From Eledone cirrhosa (lineage: Eukaryota): 64,000 nucleotides of DNA. Positions 1 to 12,685 of this stretch are shown one piece after another. Within the stretch, counting starts at the first letter, position 1. Each line of letters begins with the position of its first letter. Location: positions 33,418,001-33,482,000 of the forward strand of contig OZ024743.1 of assembly GCA_964016885.1 (NCBI GenBank). Direction: 5' to 3'. Under the pieces are notes generated by a model that saw only the letters and a program-made list of their open reading frames with translations, made no database searches and was not told the origin of the DNA. The position numbers and the translations under genes are program-made.

Positions 1-1
1 C

Positions 2-2544
2 CTGAAGCCCAAACTACAGATTTGTGGTGACTACTCTGTGGGAATTAATGACCAACCTGCAGATCATCGTCATCCAATGCCACTCCCAGAGGAACTGATG
101 CAGAAGCTCGGAGGTGGATTCGGATACACAAAGATTGATCTTGCTGATGCCTATAATCAGATCAAGCTGGCTCCAGAAAGTCAACGCAGGCTTGCACTCA
201 GCACTCACCGTGGGGTGCTCCTGCAGGAACGACTCCCTTTCGGAATCAAGTCAGCACCTGGTTACTTTCAGGAGATCATGGAAAACCTGACTCAAGATCT
301 ACCTGGTGTGGCCGTCTTCCAGGACGACATGCTCGTCAGTGGGAAAGATGCAAACGATCACCTGAACAACCTAAAGTGTCTGCTCACACGTCTGTGCGAC
401 AAAGGACTCAAATGTCGCCGTGACAAGTGCCAGTTTGCACTACCCAGTGTGGAATACCTTGGACACACCTTGTCGGCTGAAGGGATCGCGAAGGGATCCA
501 AGGTCGAAGCAGTTTTAAAGATGCCACCTCCAACGAACGTCTCAAGCTTGAAGTCTTTCCTGGGTTCAGTTCAGTTTTATGGAAAGTTTATCCCAAGCCT
601 GGCCAGCATGGCAGAGCCACTCTATTGCCTTACAAAAAAAACGACTACTTGGAAGTGGGGAGATGAAGAACAGTCAGTTTTCGATCAGTTGAAAAATGTG
701 CTTTCATCGGATCGAGTTTTGATACACTTCGATCCAAACAAAACTTTGGGACTGGCTTGCGACGCGTCAAACGTTGGTATTGGAGCAGTCCTGTTTCATC
801 GCTATCCTGATGGAAGCGAGCGCCCAATATCCAATGTGTCCGAGACTCTTACTTCTGCACAGCGTAACTACGGCCAAATTCAAAAGGAAGCCCTGGCCAT
901 CATATTTGGCTTGCAGAAGTTCTATCAGTATCTGTACGGACATCAGTTTATACTCGTAACTGACCACAAGCCACTGACATCACTGTTCAGTCCGAGGAAA
1001 GGGACGCCACTTCTCGCTGCTAACTGACTAGCACGGTGGGCCCTGTGGCTGAACCAGTTTGAATACACCATCGAATATCGGAAAACAGCGGATCATGGCA
1101 ATGCAGATGCCCTCAGTCGCTTGCCATTTGGTAATGACATCGACTTTGACAGGAAGGAAAATGGTGAAGACATGGACATGGTGTGCGCCATCAAAGCTCT
1201 CAGTCTTCAAGTCCAACCTATTGATGCTAACGTCCTCCGTCAAGAGTCAGGGAAAGATCCAGTGATATCTACAGTGATACGCTACGTCCGTGAAGGCTGG
1301 CCACCAAAGAATACTGAGATCAATGACGAAGGCAATAAGTTCCAGAAGTTATCGGATTCACTCAGTATCTGCCACGGATGCCTTATCCATGGATCGAGAG
1401 TTGTGATTCCACATAGCTTACAGCCAAAGATCCTTAATCTTCTGCATCTCGGACACTTTGGCATGGAGCGCATGAAACAATTGGCAAGAACTGCTGTTTA
1501 TTGGCCTGGTATTGATGCTGCTATAGAGAAAACCAGTCGACAATGTGATTCATGTGGTGAACATCAAAACCAGCCATCCAAGTCTCCAGTTCACCCATGG
1601 ATGTTACTTGAAAAGCCGTGGAGCCGCTTACACCTGGACCACGCAATAAATTTCATGGGCAGTAATTGGTTGTTGATCACGGATGCTTATTCCAAGTATC
1701 CATGCATTCATCCTACGTCATCCACGTCCTCCAGAGCCACTTTAGATCTGCTTGAAGAAGACTTTGCGCACTTTGGATTTCCTCACACGCTAGTCACCGA
1801 TAACGCACCAACTTTTATTTCTGAGGAGTTCCAGAGCTGGTGCAAAGAACGTGGGATCACGCACCTGACAGGGGCACCTTACCACCCAGCTACTAACGGA
1901 GCAGCGGAACGTTTGGTGCAGACCTTCAAACAAGCTCTGAGGAAGACTTCTCTTCCGCCTAAGCGAGCACTTCAAGAGTTCTTGATGCAGTACCGGAGAA
2001 CACCGACATCCAGTGGATTCTCTCCGAGTGAACTTTTGAATCACCGGCAGATATGGACAAGGATTGATTCTCTGCTGCCCTCGCTCAAGGCAAGCAGTCT
2101 AAGGAAACATATAAGTCTCAGATGACTCCGGACTCGGCAGGTGTCGCTAAGGTTACCAGGCAGTACAAGGCTGGAGATCCTGTGTATGCACTGTACGACG
2201 GACCTCGCCGAGACAAAGATCCCCGATGGGTACCAGCAATCATTAAGAAGTCATTGGGTACTCGCTGCTTCAACGTTAAGGTCATACCTCATGGCCCGGT
2301 GTGGAGACGACACTGGGAACAGCTGCAACCGCGGTACACTACTGAGGAAGACAATGAACCTGGTGATGCAGTAGACACTGTTTTTGAATTTGCAACAGAT
2401 CACCCGGTGGAGATCTCGGAAATCGTGCCACTAACTCCAAGACAGACCAGACCCAAGACCTTGTTGCCCATTCCAGAGTATGGACCAGACAATCGAAGAC
2501 GGTCCAAGAGAACTCGTAAACCCCCAGAGAGACTTTGCTGTTGA
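2..2544 (+). pseudogene. pol: Gypsy pol (RT, RNase H, integrase), disrupted
   Basis: RT motifs KIDLADAYNQI, RLPFGIKSAPGYFQ, FQDD; RNase H LACDAS...TDHKPL; integrase HHCC (HLGH..CDSC) and DDE core (LHLD, VTDN, NGAAER). In-frame TGA at 1025-1027 (AAN*LARW, probably CGA>TGA); ORFs 38-1027 and 1121-2125 share a frame; frameshift near 2080-2122. Confidence 0.93.
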
Positions 2545-2578
2545 TGCTTCTTTTGTCGCATCAATTTCGGTGGGGAGG

Positions 2579-2852
2579 TGTTGTATGGACTGGGAATCGA
2601 ACTCACAACCTCATTGTTGTATGGACTGTTAAATTTCTATTCAATTTACACATGCTCACACATTTGCATATGAATCACGTGACCTGGGCAGTCAGTCAGC
2701 GTTGGTATTAAAAACTCGGTCACAGACTGCTACTGACTTACTTTATGTTATTCTGCTACTGCGAGGAGGGCAGTTTTGGTTGTTTCGCAAATTACACAAA
2801 TTATTTTGATATAACTCGTGTTTTCTCTACGAGTACCGAGAGGAATACAACA
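2579..2852 (+). repeat. 3' LTR of the Gypsy element
   Basis: Starts TG immediately after the PPT and ends CA; 8-bp terminal inverted repeat TGTTGTAT/ATACAACA. Confidence 0.85.
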
Positions 2853-2859
2853 ATAAATA

Positions 2860-2944
2860 AACTCCTTTACCTTTTTTCACAGAACCCCAGAAACTCCTTT
2901 GCGAAATCCTTGGGTTCCGCGGAACCCACTTTGGGACCCACTGG
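2860..2944. mobile_element. Probable end of a hAT-type MITE interrupted by the Gypsy insertion
   Basis: Palindromic GGGTTCCGCGGAACCC followed by TTTGGGACCCACTG, resembling hAT non-autonomous termini. Confidence 0.4.
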
Positions 2945-3132
2945 CATAGAGTTTCAATCCATTTCCTCCTGTCAGGAATTGTGACTTTTTTTTTAAACAT
3001 TTAAAAAACTTACCTTATAATAGCAATAACCTTCTCTTTTCAAAGTAAAACTCTTTTTATAACAAATTGCCTAAAACCTAAAACCATACCCGGTTGATAC
3101 ATGCCTGGTTCATACATGGCTGGTTATTTTAA

Positions 3133-3351
3133 CCCTTTAGCATTTACATTACTCTATATCTACTATTGTATTTTTATGGTAAAGGCTTTACCACACATAA
3201 TTATTTCACATAATATCGAATCTATGAGATTTTGATGTTATTTATTTTTAGAACAATACCTTAACGTCAGTATGAGCGGCCAGTTATGACTGGTTTGAAC
3301 AGAAAAAGGTGAAAGAATTCTGGCTGGATATGGCCGGTTTAAATGCTAAAG
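3133..3351 (+). mobile_element. piggyBac-like MITE (~200 bp), copy 1
   Basis: TTAA|CCCTTTAGCATTTA ... TAAATGCTAAAG TIRs; homologous to copies at 18502, 19285, 37595 and 45943. Confidence 0.75.
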
Positions 3352-3805
3352 TATATTTGTCTAAAAATCTTGTTATAATTTATGTAAGAACATTTATTAA
3401 GTTATGCTCTGAGCACTGGTTCAAATAATGAGAAATGTAGTTATATTACTAAATCTTTCCAAATTCTTGATTATTTTCAGAATGATTTGAAAATTGTAAT
3501 TAGTGTCTTTCATTAGAAATATGGTAATGAAAAGCTTAACTGTGATTTATAACCCACATGCTAACTTTCACCAAATTAGAGTAGTTCTTAATGAATATAA
3601 AATCAATCAATCAGCTCCACATACAGTTGATTACGAATATATTCTAATATACTGAAATATCCTGTATGTTTTCCAAATCACATGCTTCTGCCATAAAATA
3701 GTCATAAATACACCCTGTCTGAAAATATAACAGTATAGTATTGGTCTGAACGCCTTTGGTCATAGACCTACATAATCTGGGGTCAATAAGATAAAGAGAA
3801 GAAAC

Positions 3806-3895
3806 GTGGCTTAGTGGTTAGAGAGTTGGAGTTCAATTCTTGGACCGAGTGATGCATTGTGTCCTTGAGCAAGACACTTTATTTTAAGTTGCGAC
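3806..3895 (+). mobile_element. tRNA-derived SINE fragment (family 2)
   Basis: A-box TGGCTTAGTGG, B-box-like GAGTTCAATTC, then TGTGTCCTTGAGCAAGACACTT; related pieces at ~43665, 47880 (-) and 58128. Confidence 0.6.
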
Positions 3896-4129
3896 CGGTA
3901 AATAGTTCCAGCAATGGAAAGACCAATGAAAACATTGTTTCCTTGGTCCGATTTGATAAGGTTCATCCCACTCGGAAAGCGAATGAGGTCTGGAATCTTG
4001 TCGATCGATCAGCGAACATAAAGTACCAATCAAATACTGGGCTGTTATAATTGATGTTGCACCCCTCCCTAAAAAGAGATTGTTGGCCTTGTCCTAGATT
4101 AGCAACCATTATATATTCTTGTAGGCAGT

Positions 4130-4285
4130 GAATTTGCAGAGTTGTTAGAACGTTGGATAGAATACATTCTGGTATTTGTTCCAGCTCTCTTCTCTCTGAG
4201 TTCAATTCCCACTGAGGTCAGCTTTGCTTTTCTTCCCTTTGAGGTCGATAAAAAAAGTACCAGTTTAGTACTGGGGTTGATTCTT
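4130..4285 (+). mobile_element. tRNA-derived SINE (family 1), diverged
   Basis: GAGTTCAATTCCCACTGAGGTCAGCTTTGC...GTCGATAAAAAAAGTACCAG matches the window's dominant SINE. Confidence 0.7.
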
Positions 4286-4737
4286 CCTCTATATCTCTTT
4301 CTCATTTTTTCTCTCACTCTCAATTCTTCTTGAAGAAATCTGCTATCTTCAAACCTGGAAAGGGATGGGTTCCACCAGTCTTAAAAAATGAAAGTATTTA
4401 AATAATTTAAATCATAAACTGGAAGAGAAAAAATGAGAAAAAAGTGGGGGGAAGAAAACTATATGTTTTTCAGTGGGCAATACTTCCCTGCACTCCACAG
4501 ACATGATAATGAAATTATTGCCATGGATGTGAAATTGTGGTGCTGATTATCATAAACATTAGTTTATTGCACATTCTAATACTTCTACATTTTAAAGTAC
4601 TTATTAGGATATTTATATTCAATGTGATGTTTAACCAGACTATGCCTATTTTTTTCTTATGTTATTTAAGTTTAATGTATTGATAAGCTGAGATTGTTTG
4701 TAGAATATATATGTATATATATATATATATAAACACA

Positions 4738-5130
4738 CATCATCATCATCATAATTTTACGTTTGCTTTTCCTTGCTTGCAAGGGTGGGATGGGTTATAT
4801 TCAGCACAGCATCTCTCCACTTGTCGCGGTCCTTCGTCATCTCCACCCTGAGCTTCAGCGATCTGAGGTCTGCTCTCACCACCTCCACCCATGATTTTCA
4901 TGATCTTCCTCAACTGTGTCTTCCTTCTACTGGGATTTCTTGGCACTTCTTTACCCAGCAGTCATCCTCCATGCACATCACATGTCCATACCAATGCAGT
5001 CTTCTCTCCCGCCCACTACAGCCTATCCCCCTTATACACAGTTTCTCTCTCAACTCATCTATGCTTGGTCATTCACGTACATTGACATTGCACATCCAAC
5101 AGAGCATGCTTGCTTCATTTCTCTCCAGCT
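4738..5130 (-). mobile_element. RTE-clade LINE 3' fragment
   Basis: Minus strand encodes RERRLHWYGHVMCMEDDCWVKKC...DRDKWRDAV, homologous to the C-terminus of the 27645 ORF; (CAT)n tail on +. Confidence 0.85.
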
Positions 5131-6514
5131 GTATATATATATATATATCATCATCATCATCATCATCTTCGTTTAACGTCCATCTTCCACGCTAGCATAT
5201 ATATATAATGTAAAATAATATACATAAACAGTCACTAACTGGATCAGACAAAGATTTTCAGATAAGATCATCCACCATATGTTGCTAGAATTCTTTCTTT
5301 ACTTTCTTCACTATCAATAAATTATTCTCTATAATTTCCAAATACAATAACTCCTCTTACTTATGACACTACCTTACACTCTTCCTTTTCTGACTTTATC
5401 TAGTAACCATAACACCGCCAACTAGACTTGCATCATAATAAATTCCTACTAGATTTGCATATCATTCAATGATGGCCTTCAAAGAATCTCAGTATTCAAT
5501 GAGCCAACATTGAAGGGAACTTTTTGGGGCCAGATTAAATCCTTTTGAGGCCCTATAATCACTTAAAACATTATGAGGCCCTCCATCCATAAAATCTGTA
5601 ATTTTTTTTTTTTTGCTTGACAAATACATTTAATTTAAATAAAATGATGCTTCTCTTCCTTTGATCCCTTAAGAACATGCTTAGTTTGTTTAATGGTTAA
5701 TCCAACCATGCATCTGCTTGACCTGCTACAAACAGCAACATCTCCATTTTATCTTAAGAAAGAAGTGAGTGTGTTAGATAGTGTACTTCTAAAAAGACTA
5801 TGGTCTGCAGAATCAGGTTTGACTTGGAGTTCCACAACAAGAATAACTATACCATAGCCATTTCTCATTCACCCCCTTTTACAACTTTTTCTAGATTTGA
5901 CTTGTCTCTTTAAATTTCCCTTCTCATAATATTTCTTTTTATCTGACCAACATAAGATGTTCAATCTACCGTCTTTTAATGCCATTGTTTTTGATGGCAT
6001 TGTTGTTACATCTTTCAATCTGTTGATAAATTTCTCCTTTGTTTTTGTATCAGAATTTTGTTGTTTCTCAGAAGTATGGACATAGCAATCACTATGTCCT
6101 CCATACTATTACTTTGATATATATGTATATATCAATCAATCAATCAATATTTATTATTTCAAATGAAATAATAGAATATAGAGAAACATGTGCACATATA
6201 TAAACCATATTAAAATAATGTCATAATGTCACGAGAGAGATAAAATATAAAGCTGCCCAAGTGTTTCTATTATTGGATTTTTGCTGAATTGTGGTTACTT
6301 TTACATTCAGTTCTTTTGTGACCATTATTTGGAATGTAGTCTTCGGTCTTTGTCTCTTGTGGCAACCTCCTGCTAGTTGATGTAGAAGAAGACACTTAAC
6401 ATGGAAGTTACTAATTGGATACAGGATTTGATGACCAATCCATGTCAATTGCCAGTTTCAAACCTGAGCATATAAATGTGACTGCATTATGCGTGTGAAT
6501 ATATAATATATATA

Positions 6515-6900
6515 TCATCATCATCATCGTTTAACGTCCACCTTCCACGCTAGCATGGGTCTGGACGGGAATTGTCCCATTTGAGGCAAGATTGGTTGTC
6601 TTGCTCAGGACTGTCTGGCGGGTTTTCTACGGCTGGATGCCCTTCCTAACACCAACCACGTTTACAGTGTGGACTGGGAGGTTTTTACCGTGTTACCTAC
6701 ATGGCCACATTACAGCATGGACTGTGTGTTTTATTGTCGTGACACCTACACGTCTGGCAGGTTTTCTACGGCTGGATGCCCTTCCCAACACCAACCACGT
6801 TTACAGTGTGTACTGGGAGGTTTTTACCGTGTTACCTACATGGCCACATTACAGCGTGGACTGTGTGTTTTTTTGTCGTGACACCTACATGACCTCATTT
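6515..6900 (-). mobile_element. RTE 3'-UTR-derived fragment with internal ~140-bp tandem duplication
   Basis: (CAT)n-CGTTTAACGTCC...GGCTGGATGCCCTTCCTAACACCAACC, same as the 3' UTR at 20838-21100; block ~6614-6750 repeated at ~6752-6890. Confidence 0.8.
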
Positions 6901-7738
6901 GTTTTGGACTGGATGTGTGTGTATATATATATAATATATATATATACACACACATATATATATATATATATATATGATATACGCACACACGTCTAAATGC
7001 CCTGTTCCTCTTCCTCTTGTCTGCTCTTTCGCAACACCCACCTCCTATCCACTCTCACACCAACACACGTGCACTACCACTTCACCAACTCAACCATAGA
7101 TGCACATTTAATATCCTAACACTACTAATTAATTAACTAACCATACTATCCTACACGGCCAACTTAAACATTAACATTACACTCCTTTACTACCAGTACA
7201 CACACACTACCACCACAAATATGCACAACAGCTTACCCTCAAAGTGACTTTTGTAACTACCCTACCTCCTCGTTCTGTGTCACTACAACTTCACCCCATA
7301 CTACTTCTGTTCTTAATGCGCTACACACAGCCAACCAACTCACCCACACCTCATCTGGCCACTCCTGAAATAGCCCAGTTTTGACCACTACACATCATTC
7401 CTTTCTGTGTGCTTCAATTCCAGCTCTGGATTATACCACAGACAGATATAGACAGTCGTACAAGCTTATGCACACATATGCATAAACACACTCACATACA
7501 CATATAAATAACTGCATAAACTCATCCAAACACCTAAAAGTACAAAGAATTCAGACACACACGTATATACATACACACATAAATGTGAGCACATAAGCAC
7601 ACAAAAAATACATAAAAAATTCAGACACATGCACACTTCCATCAATGATATACAAATCACACACACACACGCACAAGAAGAGTGCACACCCATTAAATGC
7701 ACTCGATCTGTACCGATTGTGTTGTTATTTCTGTTTAC

Positions 7739-7798
<60 letters not shown>

Positions 7799-7829
7799 AG
7801 GAGGTTATAGTTCACTTGAAGCATTGTGT

Positions 7830-8716
7830 AATATATGTAGGTATACAGACGTACAGTAGTATGTATATATATACATACATGCACATATATATATATATGT
7901 ACGTATGGGTTTACTGAACATTTATTATAATGTTCGGTTTGTTTGTAAACAAACAGCCCGAATTAAGCCGTACAGTGTTCGGCAACCATCATTGCCCTTT
8001 TGTTCAACACTGACAAAGGAACGATGAACTAGTTTCTAGCTTATTAGCTGTAATCAGCACCGTATACCTACCTGTCAGTCGATTGAACGTTTGAAAGTAT
8101 ATACTTTCCTTATGCATATTAACAGCTGAGCAGCCTAATTTGCATATCGAGTGAGTTACTCGGCCGGCCATAGCGAAAACGATAAATGGAAAAAATGAAA
8201 TTTCATTTCTCACTCTTAGTACGGCTGATTCTTAAATATACATACCTATATTTAAGAATCAGCCGTACTAAGAGTGAGAAATGAAATTTCATTTTTTCCA
8301 TTTATCGTTTTCGCTATGGCCGGCCGACTAACTCACTCGATATGCAAATTAGGCTGCTCAGCTGTTAATATGCATAAGGAAAGTATATACTTTCAAACGT
8401 TCAATCGACTGACAGGTAGGTATACGGTGCTGATCACAGCTAATAAGCTAGAAACTAGTTCATCGTTCCTTTGTCAGTGTTGAACAAAAGGGCAATGATG
8501 GTTGCCGAACACTGTACGGCTTAATTCGGGCTGTTTGTTTACAAACAAACCGAACATTATAATAAATGTTCAGTAAACCCATACGTACATATATATATAT
8601 ATATATATGTGCATGTATGTATATATATACATACTACTGTACGTCTGTATACCTACATATATTTAAGTATCAGCCGTACTAAGAGTGAGAAATGAAATTT
8701 CATTTTTTCCATTTAT
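7830..8716. repeat. ~410-bp-arm palindrome (6-nt loop CATACC, 8241-8246) plus partial third copy (8658-8716); Penelope/retrozyme-like
   Basis: Arms 7830-8240 and 8247-8663 are reverse complements (mirror ORFs 8004-8213 - and 8274-8483 +); 8658-8716 directly repeats 8247-8305. Confidence 0.93.
8425..8465 (+). ncRNA. Degenerate minimal type-I hammerhead ribozyme motif (mirror copy 8022-8062 on -)
   Basis: CGGTG-CTGATCA-cAGCTaataAGCTa-GAAA-CTAG-TT-CATCG: stems I and II pair and stem III is palindromic, but core G8 is C (T in the mirror copy). Confidence 0.55.
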
Positions 8717-8727
8717 ATATCTATATG

Positions 8728-8855
8728 TGGCAAATTGGCAGAGCCGTTAAGATGTCGGATAGAATGCTTTGTGGTATTCGTCCTATCTCATAGTGTGCTC
8801 TGAGTTCAAATCTCACCGTGGTCAGCTTTGCCTTTTATCCTTTCGTGGTTGATGT
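8728..8855 (+). mobile_element. tRNA-derived SINE (family 1), 3'-truncated
   Basis: TTGGCAGAGCCGTTAAG...GAGTTCAAATCTCACCGTGGTCAGCTTTGCCTTTTATCC. Confidence 0.7.
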
Positions 8856-9002
8856 ATATATATATCATCATCATCATCATCATCGTTTAACATTCATCTT
8901 CCACGCTAGCATGGGTTAGACGGGAGTTGTCTCAATTTGAGACAAGATTGGTTGGGTGATCATGTCTCGCTCGTATAGGACTATCTGGCAGGTTTTCTAC
9001 AG

Positions 9003-9036
<34 letters not shown>

Positions 9037-9431
9037 TACAAGGAGAGAGAGTTATGCTTTCGAAATGGAAATTATAAACAAATGAAACTTCTGGACTATA
9101 CTTACAGATGATACAGATGATAACCTGTCTTTTGTAATAGATTTTCTGCTGTGGTTCTTTTATATTGAATGTCTTTTATAAAAATATGTTTCATCTAATG
9201 AACAATTCAACATCACTAGTTTCTTTCTCAATGAAAAATATTCTTTTTTGTTTTGTATGTATTTTCTTTTCATTTCTTTTTCTAACACTTCAGTTTCTTA
9301 AGAATTCTTTCATTCTCTATTTTCAGGTAAGTGAAGCATGGAGATGACCTGAAGGGGTGAGCTCTACACAATTATTGTCAGTTTTATTGTTTGTTCTTTA
9401 TATACTTTCATGCCCTCTCTCTCTTCTCCCT

Positions 9432-9528
<97 letters not shown>

Positions 9529-9834
9529 TCCTTTATTTGTTTGTTCTTTTACTCATCCATCTATGGCCATTCTGGGATACTGCCTTTAATTATATTGACC
9601 CCAGTATATATATATGTATGTCCTGAGTTCAGTCTTTTTCGTCGCTATGGTCACTGCGGCTCTTCTATCGGTCGCTGTCTTCATTTTGCAAAGCTGTCTA
9701 AACGTAATGTTATAACTCTAGGGTTATATACCCTATCGAGTACTTAGCTGCACAACGAAACTGCATTCGTTAGCTTGGCTGCAACCATGGCTTTGTTGAT
9801 GCTGTACTAAATTTTGTATATATATATATATATA

Positions 9835-9991
9835 TAACGAAGGAGTTGTTGTAAGGTACCAGATGGACCATAACGCACCAGAGTACTCAATACTTAGGGT
9901 AGTAGAGTGGGTAATAGGAAAATGTATGACTGCTGTCCAGAAATAGCCGTTGAAACAGCTTGAGATCTGCCGTCGGGGTCATACATTTTCC

Positions 9992-9994
<3 letters not shown>
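9835..9994 (+). mobile_element. (TA)n-embedded short element with terminal hairpin, copy 1
   Basis: Homologous to 35352-35555 and 56445-56552; 17-bp inverted arms at 9914-9930 and 9978-9994; flanked by (TA)n. Confidence 0.75.
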
Positions 9995-10029
<35 letters not shown>

Positions 10030-10126
10030 CAAAGCTGACCAATTTTTTTCTTTATTGATCTCTATTTGTTAAGCTGCTATGTTACAGAATATTAACAAAC
10101 AGTAAATGTAAACACGAACTAACATT

Positions 10127-10166
<40 letters not shown>

Positions 10167-10949
10167 CTGTCTGTTTGCTTTTTATGTGAACTTGAAGTTC
10201 CCGAATCTGCTTTAATACCTCTTGAAAAAAATATTATTAAATATTCACTTTGCATGAATAATGTGCTATAACGCGTGTGATTTTTAATTTTTTTCTTTAT
10301 CAGAAATATAAGACTTGAATTACGTGAATTTGCTTATACACTATATATTTGCGAACACGCTATATATATGGCTATATTAAAACCAAACCTAAAATATATA
10401 ATAATATTGACATCGTTTTTGCATCTGCATTTCCATGAGCTGAACAAGACTTACTGGAAGCAGTATTCTTCATCAAGGGTGCCTCCTTGCATGCAATTTT
10501 AAAAATCAAAGCCATATAACCGAATTAAGGTACATATTGCATGCATGAGTCCACTTTCTAGCTATCACTTATAAAAATGAAAGACTTGGATTAAAATCAG
10601 ATTTGTTATTTACATTCATCTATATATCTTAGGCATACACACAAACATATAAGAATATATAAAGTAAGAATGATTTTCTGAAGAAGAATGGAAGAGAACC
10701 ACAGATAAATAAGCTACTCAATACATTAGTAGAAAAACTTTATACTTATTTCATATAGAAATGACTTCTACAAGACTAGAGCTTCTTCATTTATTTGAAA
10801 TCAACAGGAATTTCTCTATGATTTCAAATGAATGAAACAGTTCTAGGAAATATAATATCTTTATATATATAAATATAAGGATGTTCTTTGATCATAAATG
10901 ACCATGGGAATGACCATATCATTCTTCTTTGGGCTGCCCTCTGTCTCCA

Positions 10950-11690
10950 AGTTCATCCAGCCTTAATTAACAAATTGTGACCACTAGGTTTTGTTGAGAG
11001 GTACATTCCTCACCAGGGAGGGATTTTGTGTTTACAACCTTCATTCTATATCATCTTCTGTTGAGAGAGTGAAATCTATTTGGCTGGTGTGCTCACCTGA
11101 TCTATAGGTGATCAAGTAGTTGTCTGGTTTTTGAAAGTTAATGTTACAGATTGTTAGTTCATTAGCATTGCAGAACTCCTGTAGCCTGGATCCTTGTCCA
11201 TTTCTAACACCAAACTCATAACCCCCATGGAGCCTGTTGAAGCCATCACTGTGTTACCGAACATGTCAGTTAAAGTCTCCTGCTATGAATAAGATATCCT
11301 TGCCACCAACTAGAGAAGTTGTCTGCATTAGGTACTTGTAAAAGTTGTTTAATTTGTCTGATAGTTCTAATTGTAGTGCATATGCAGATATAATAGTATC
11401 AGTTGTTCTACCTAGGACCATCCTGAATTTAACGATTTTGTCATTTACTCTGTTTACTGTGATTACATTATCTACCCATTTTCTGCTAACAGAATACCTA
11501 CTCCACATAACCTGTAATCAATACCTACCCAGAACAATTTGTAGCGGCCTTCTTTACCAACAAAAAATCTAGCTGATCCTCCTTTCCACCTAGTCTCTCG
11601 TACACAACACATGTCCACTCTCGTTTATTCCAACATCTCTATCACCTCACCTGATCTTCCTTATATTGATGGTCGCAGCTCTGAAGTTTG
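10950..11690 (-). pseudogene. RTE-clade LINE apurinic endonuclease domain, decayed
   Basis: Minus-strand motifs VDMCCVRETRWKGG, TIISAYA, FIAGDFN, SQIDF with stops and frameshifts. Confidence 0.8.
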
Positions 11691-12455
11691 GGACTATTCT
11701 GGAAGAAGGAATTGGTTTCTATTTATAAAATAAAGATGGTTCACTTAGTTGCCTGGAGCTGCATGATGGGTTCATAGCAAAAAGTTGAGATTGTTCAACA
11801 TCGTAGTCAAAGAAATATGAAAAATATCTGTTATGCAATTCTTTGCCAAACTACTTTTAGAAATGTAATTATGCTAATTATTCTTAATTTACACAAAATT
11901 CAACTGCATGTTTGATCTTCATACCCTATAGGCTGAGCTACTCCTCCTTAGCCCAACAATTAAAAAAAAAATGTATAAGATCTCATTGAAGCACATTGAT
12001 TTTATGTATTGTTTGAAAGTATTTAAAAATAAAATCCTAATTAATTAAGTGACTTTGATGCAGTCAGTCAAGTAGTGAAATATATTAAATATATCCTAGA
12101 AAAACATCTCCTTACCATTTCTAGAATAAGAACCACACACAGAAGACTTAACAACTTGTGTTGTATTCCCACAAACAAGCTGGATAGGTTGGATGATCAT
12201 GAATAGCTCCAAGTAATTTTTTTATTAATTAAACACATTGATATTTTATTTCTTTGTTTTCAAATCATAGTAACTCTCCAAGTCTTCAATGTTGTTTCAA
12301 TCTACTGTAATAAACTATTTTACAAACATCATCAAATATATATATAGATTCTTGCTTGAAATTTTTTCAAAGCTACTTATCTTACTGCAGTTATTCACAT
12401 ATATGTATTTCAGTTGGAATCTTTCCTATATTTTAATTATAGTGAGATTCCATTA

Positions 12456-12685
12456 CATCATCATCATCACCGTTTGACGTCCATTTTTCCATGCTTGCAT
12501 GGGTCAGACAGGTTGTCCTTGCGAAGACAAGTCTGTCCAGGATTGGCCATAACTTACTCTGACAGGACAGTAAATTTGACCGGGGTTTTACAGCTGGATG
12601 CCCTTCCTAACACCAACCACATGTACCCGTGATAGCGTGGAAGATAGACCTTAAACGATGATGATGATGATGATGATGATGATAT
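12456..12685. mobile_element. RTE 3'-end pieces in opposite orientations (duplicated at 15173-15393)
   Basis: (CAT)n-CGTTTGACGTCC...GGATGCCCTTCC (minus) joined to GCGTGGAAGATAGAC..AAACGATGATG (plus). Confidence 0.65.

Larger units (their letters stand above)
1..2852 (+). mobile_element. Ty3/Gypsy LTR retrotransposon (3' part: pol, PPT, 3' LTR); 5' end lies outside the window
   Basis: RT-RNaseH-integrase domain order, polypurine tract GGTGGGGAGG at 2569-2578, LTR bounded by TGTTGTAT...ATACAACA. Confidence 0.95.

Noticed and set aside
1025-1027. Programmed stop-codon readthrough in Gypsy pol
   Set aside because: The stop falls at a position normally Arg near the end of RNase H (likely CGA>TGA decay), and a frameshift follows downstream.
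7671-7722. Hammerhead-like hairpin AGAAGAGTGCA...TGCACTCGATC just before a (TA)n run
   Set aside because: The position resembles the other cases, but both CUGA and GAAA are broken, so it is too degenerate to call.
8004-8483. Two near-identical 69-aa ORFs on opposite strands
   Set aside because: They are a by-product of the palindrome, start at GTG and show no recognisable motif.
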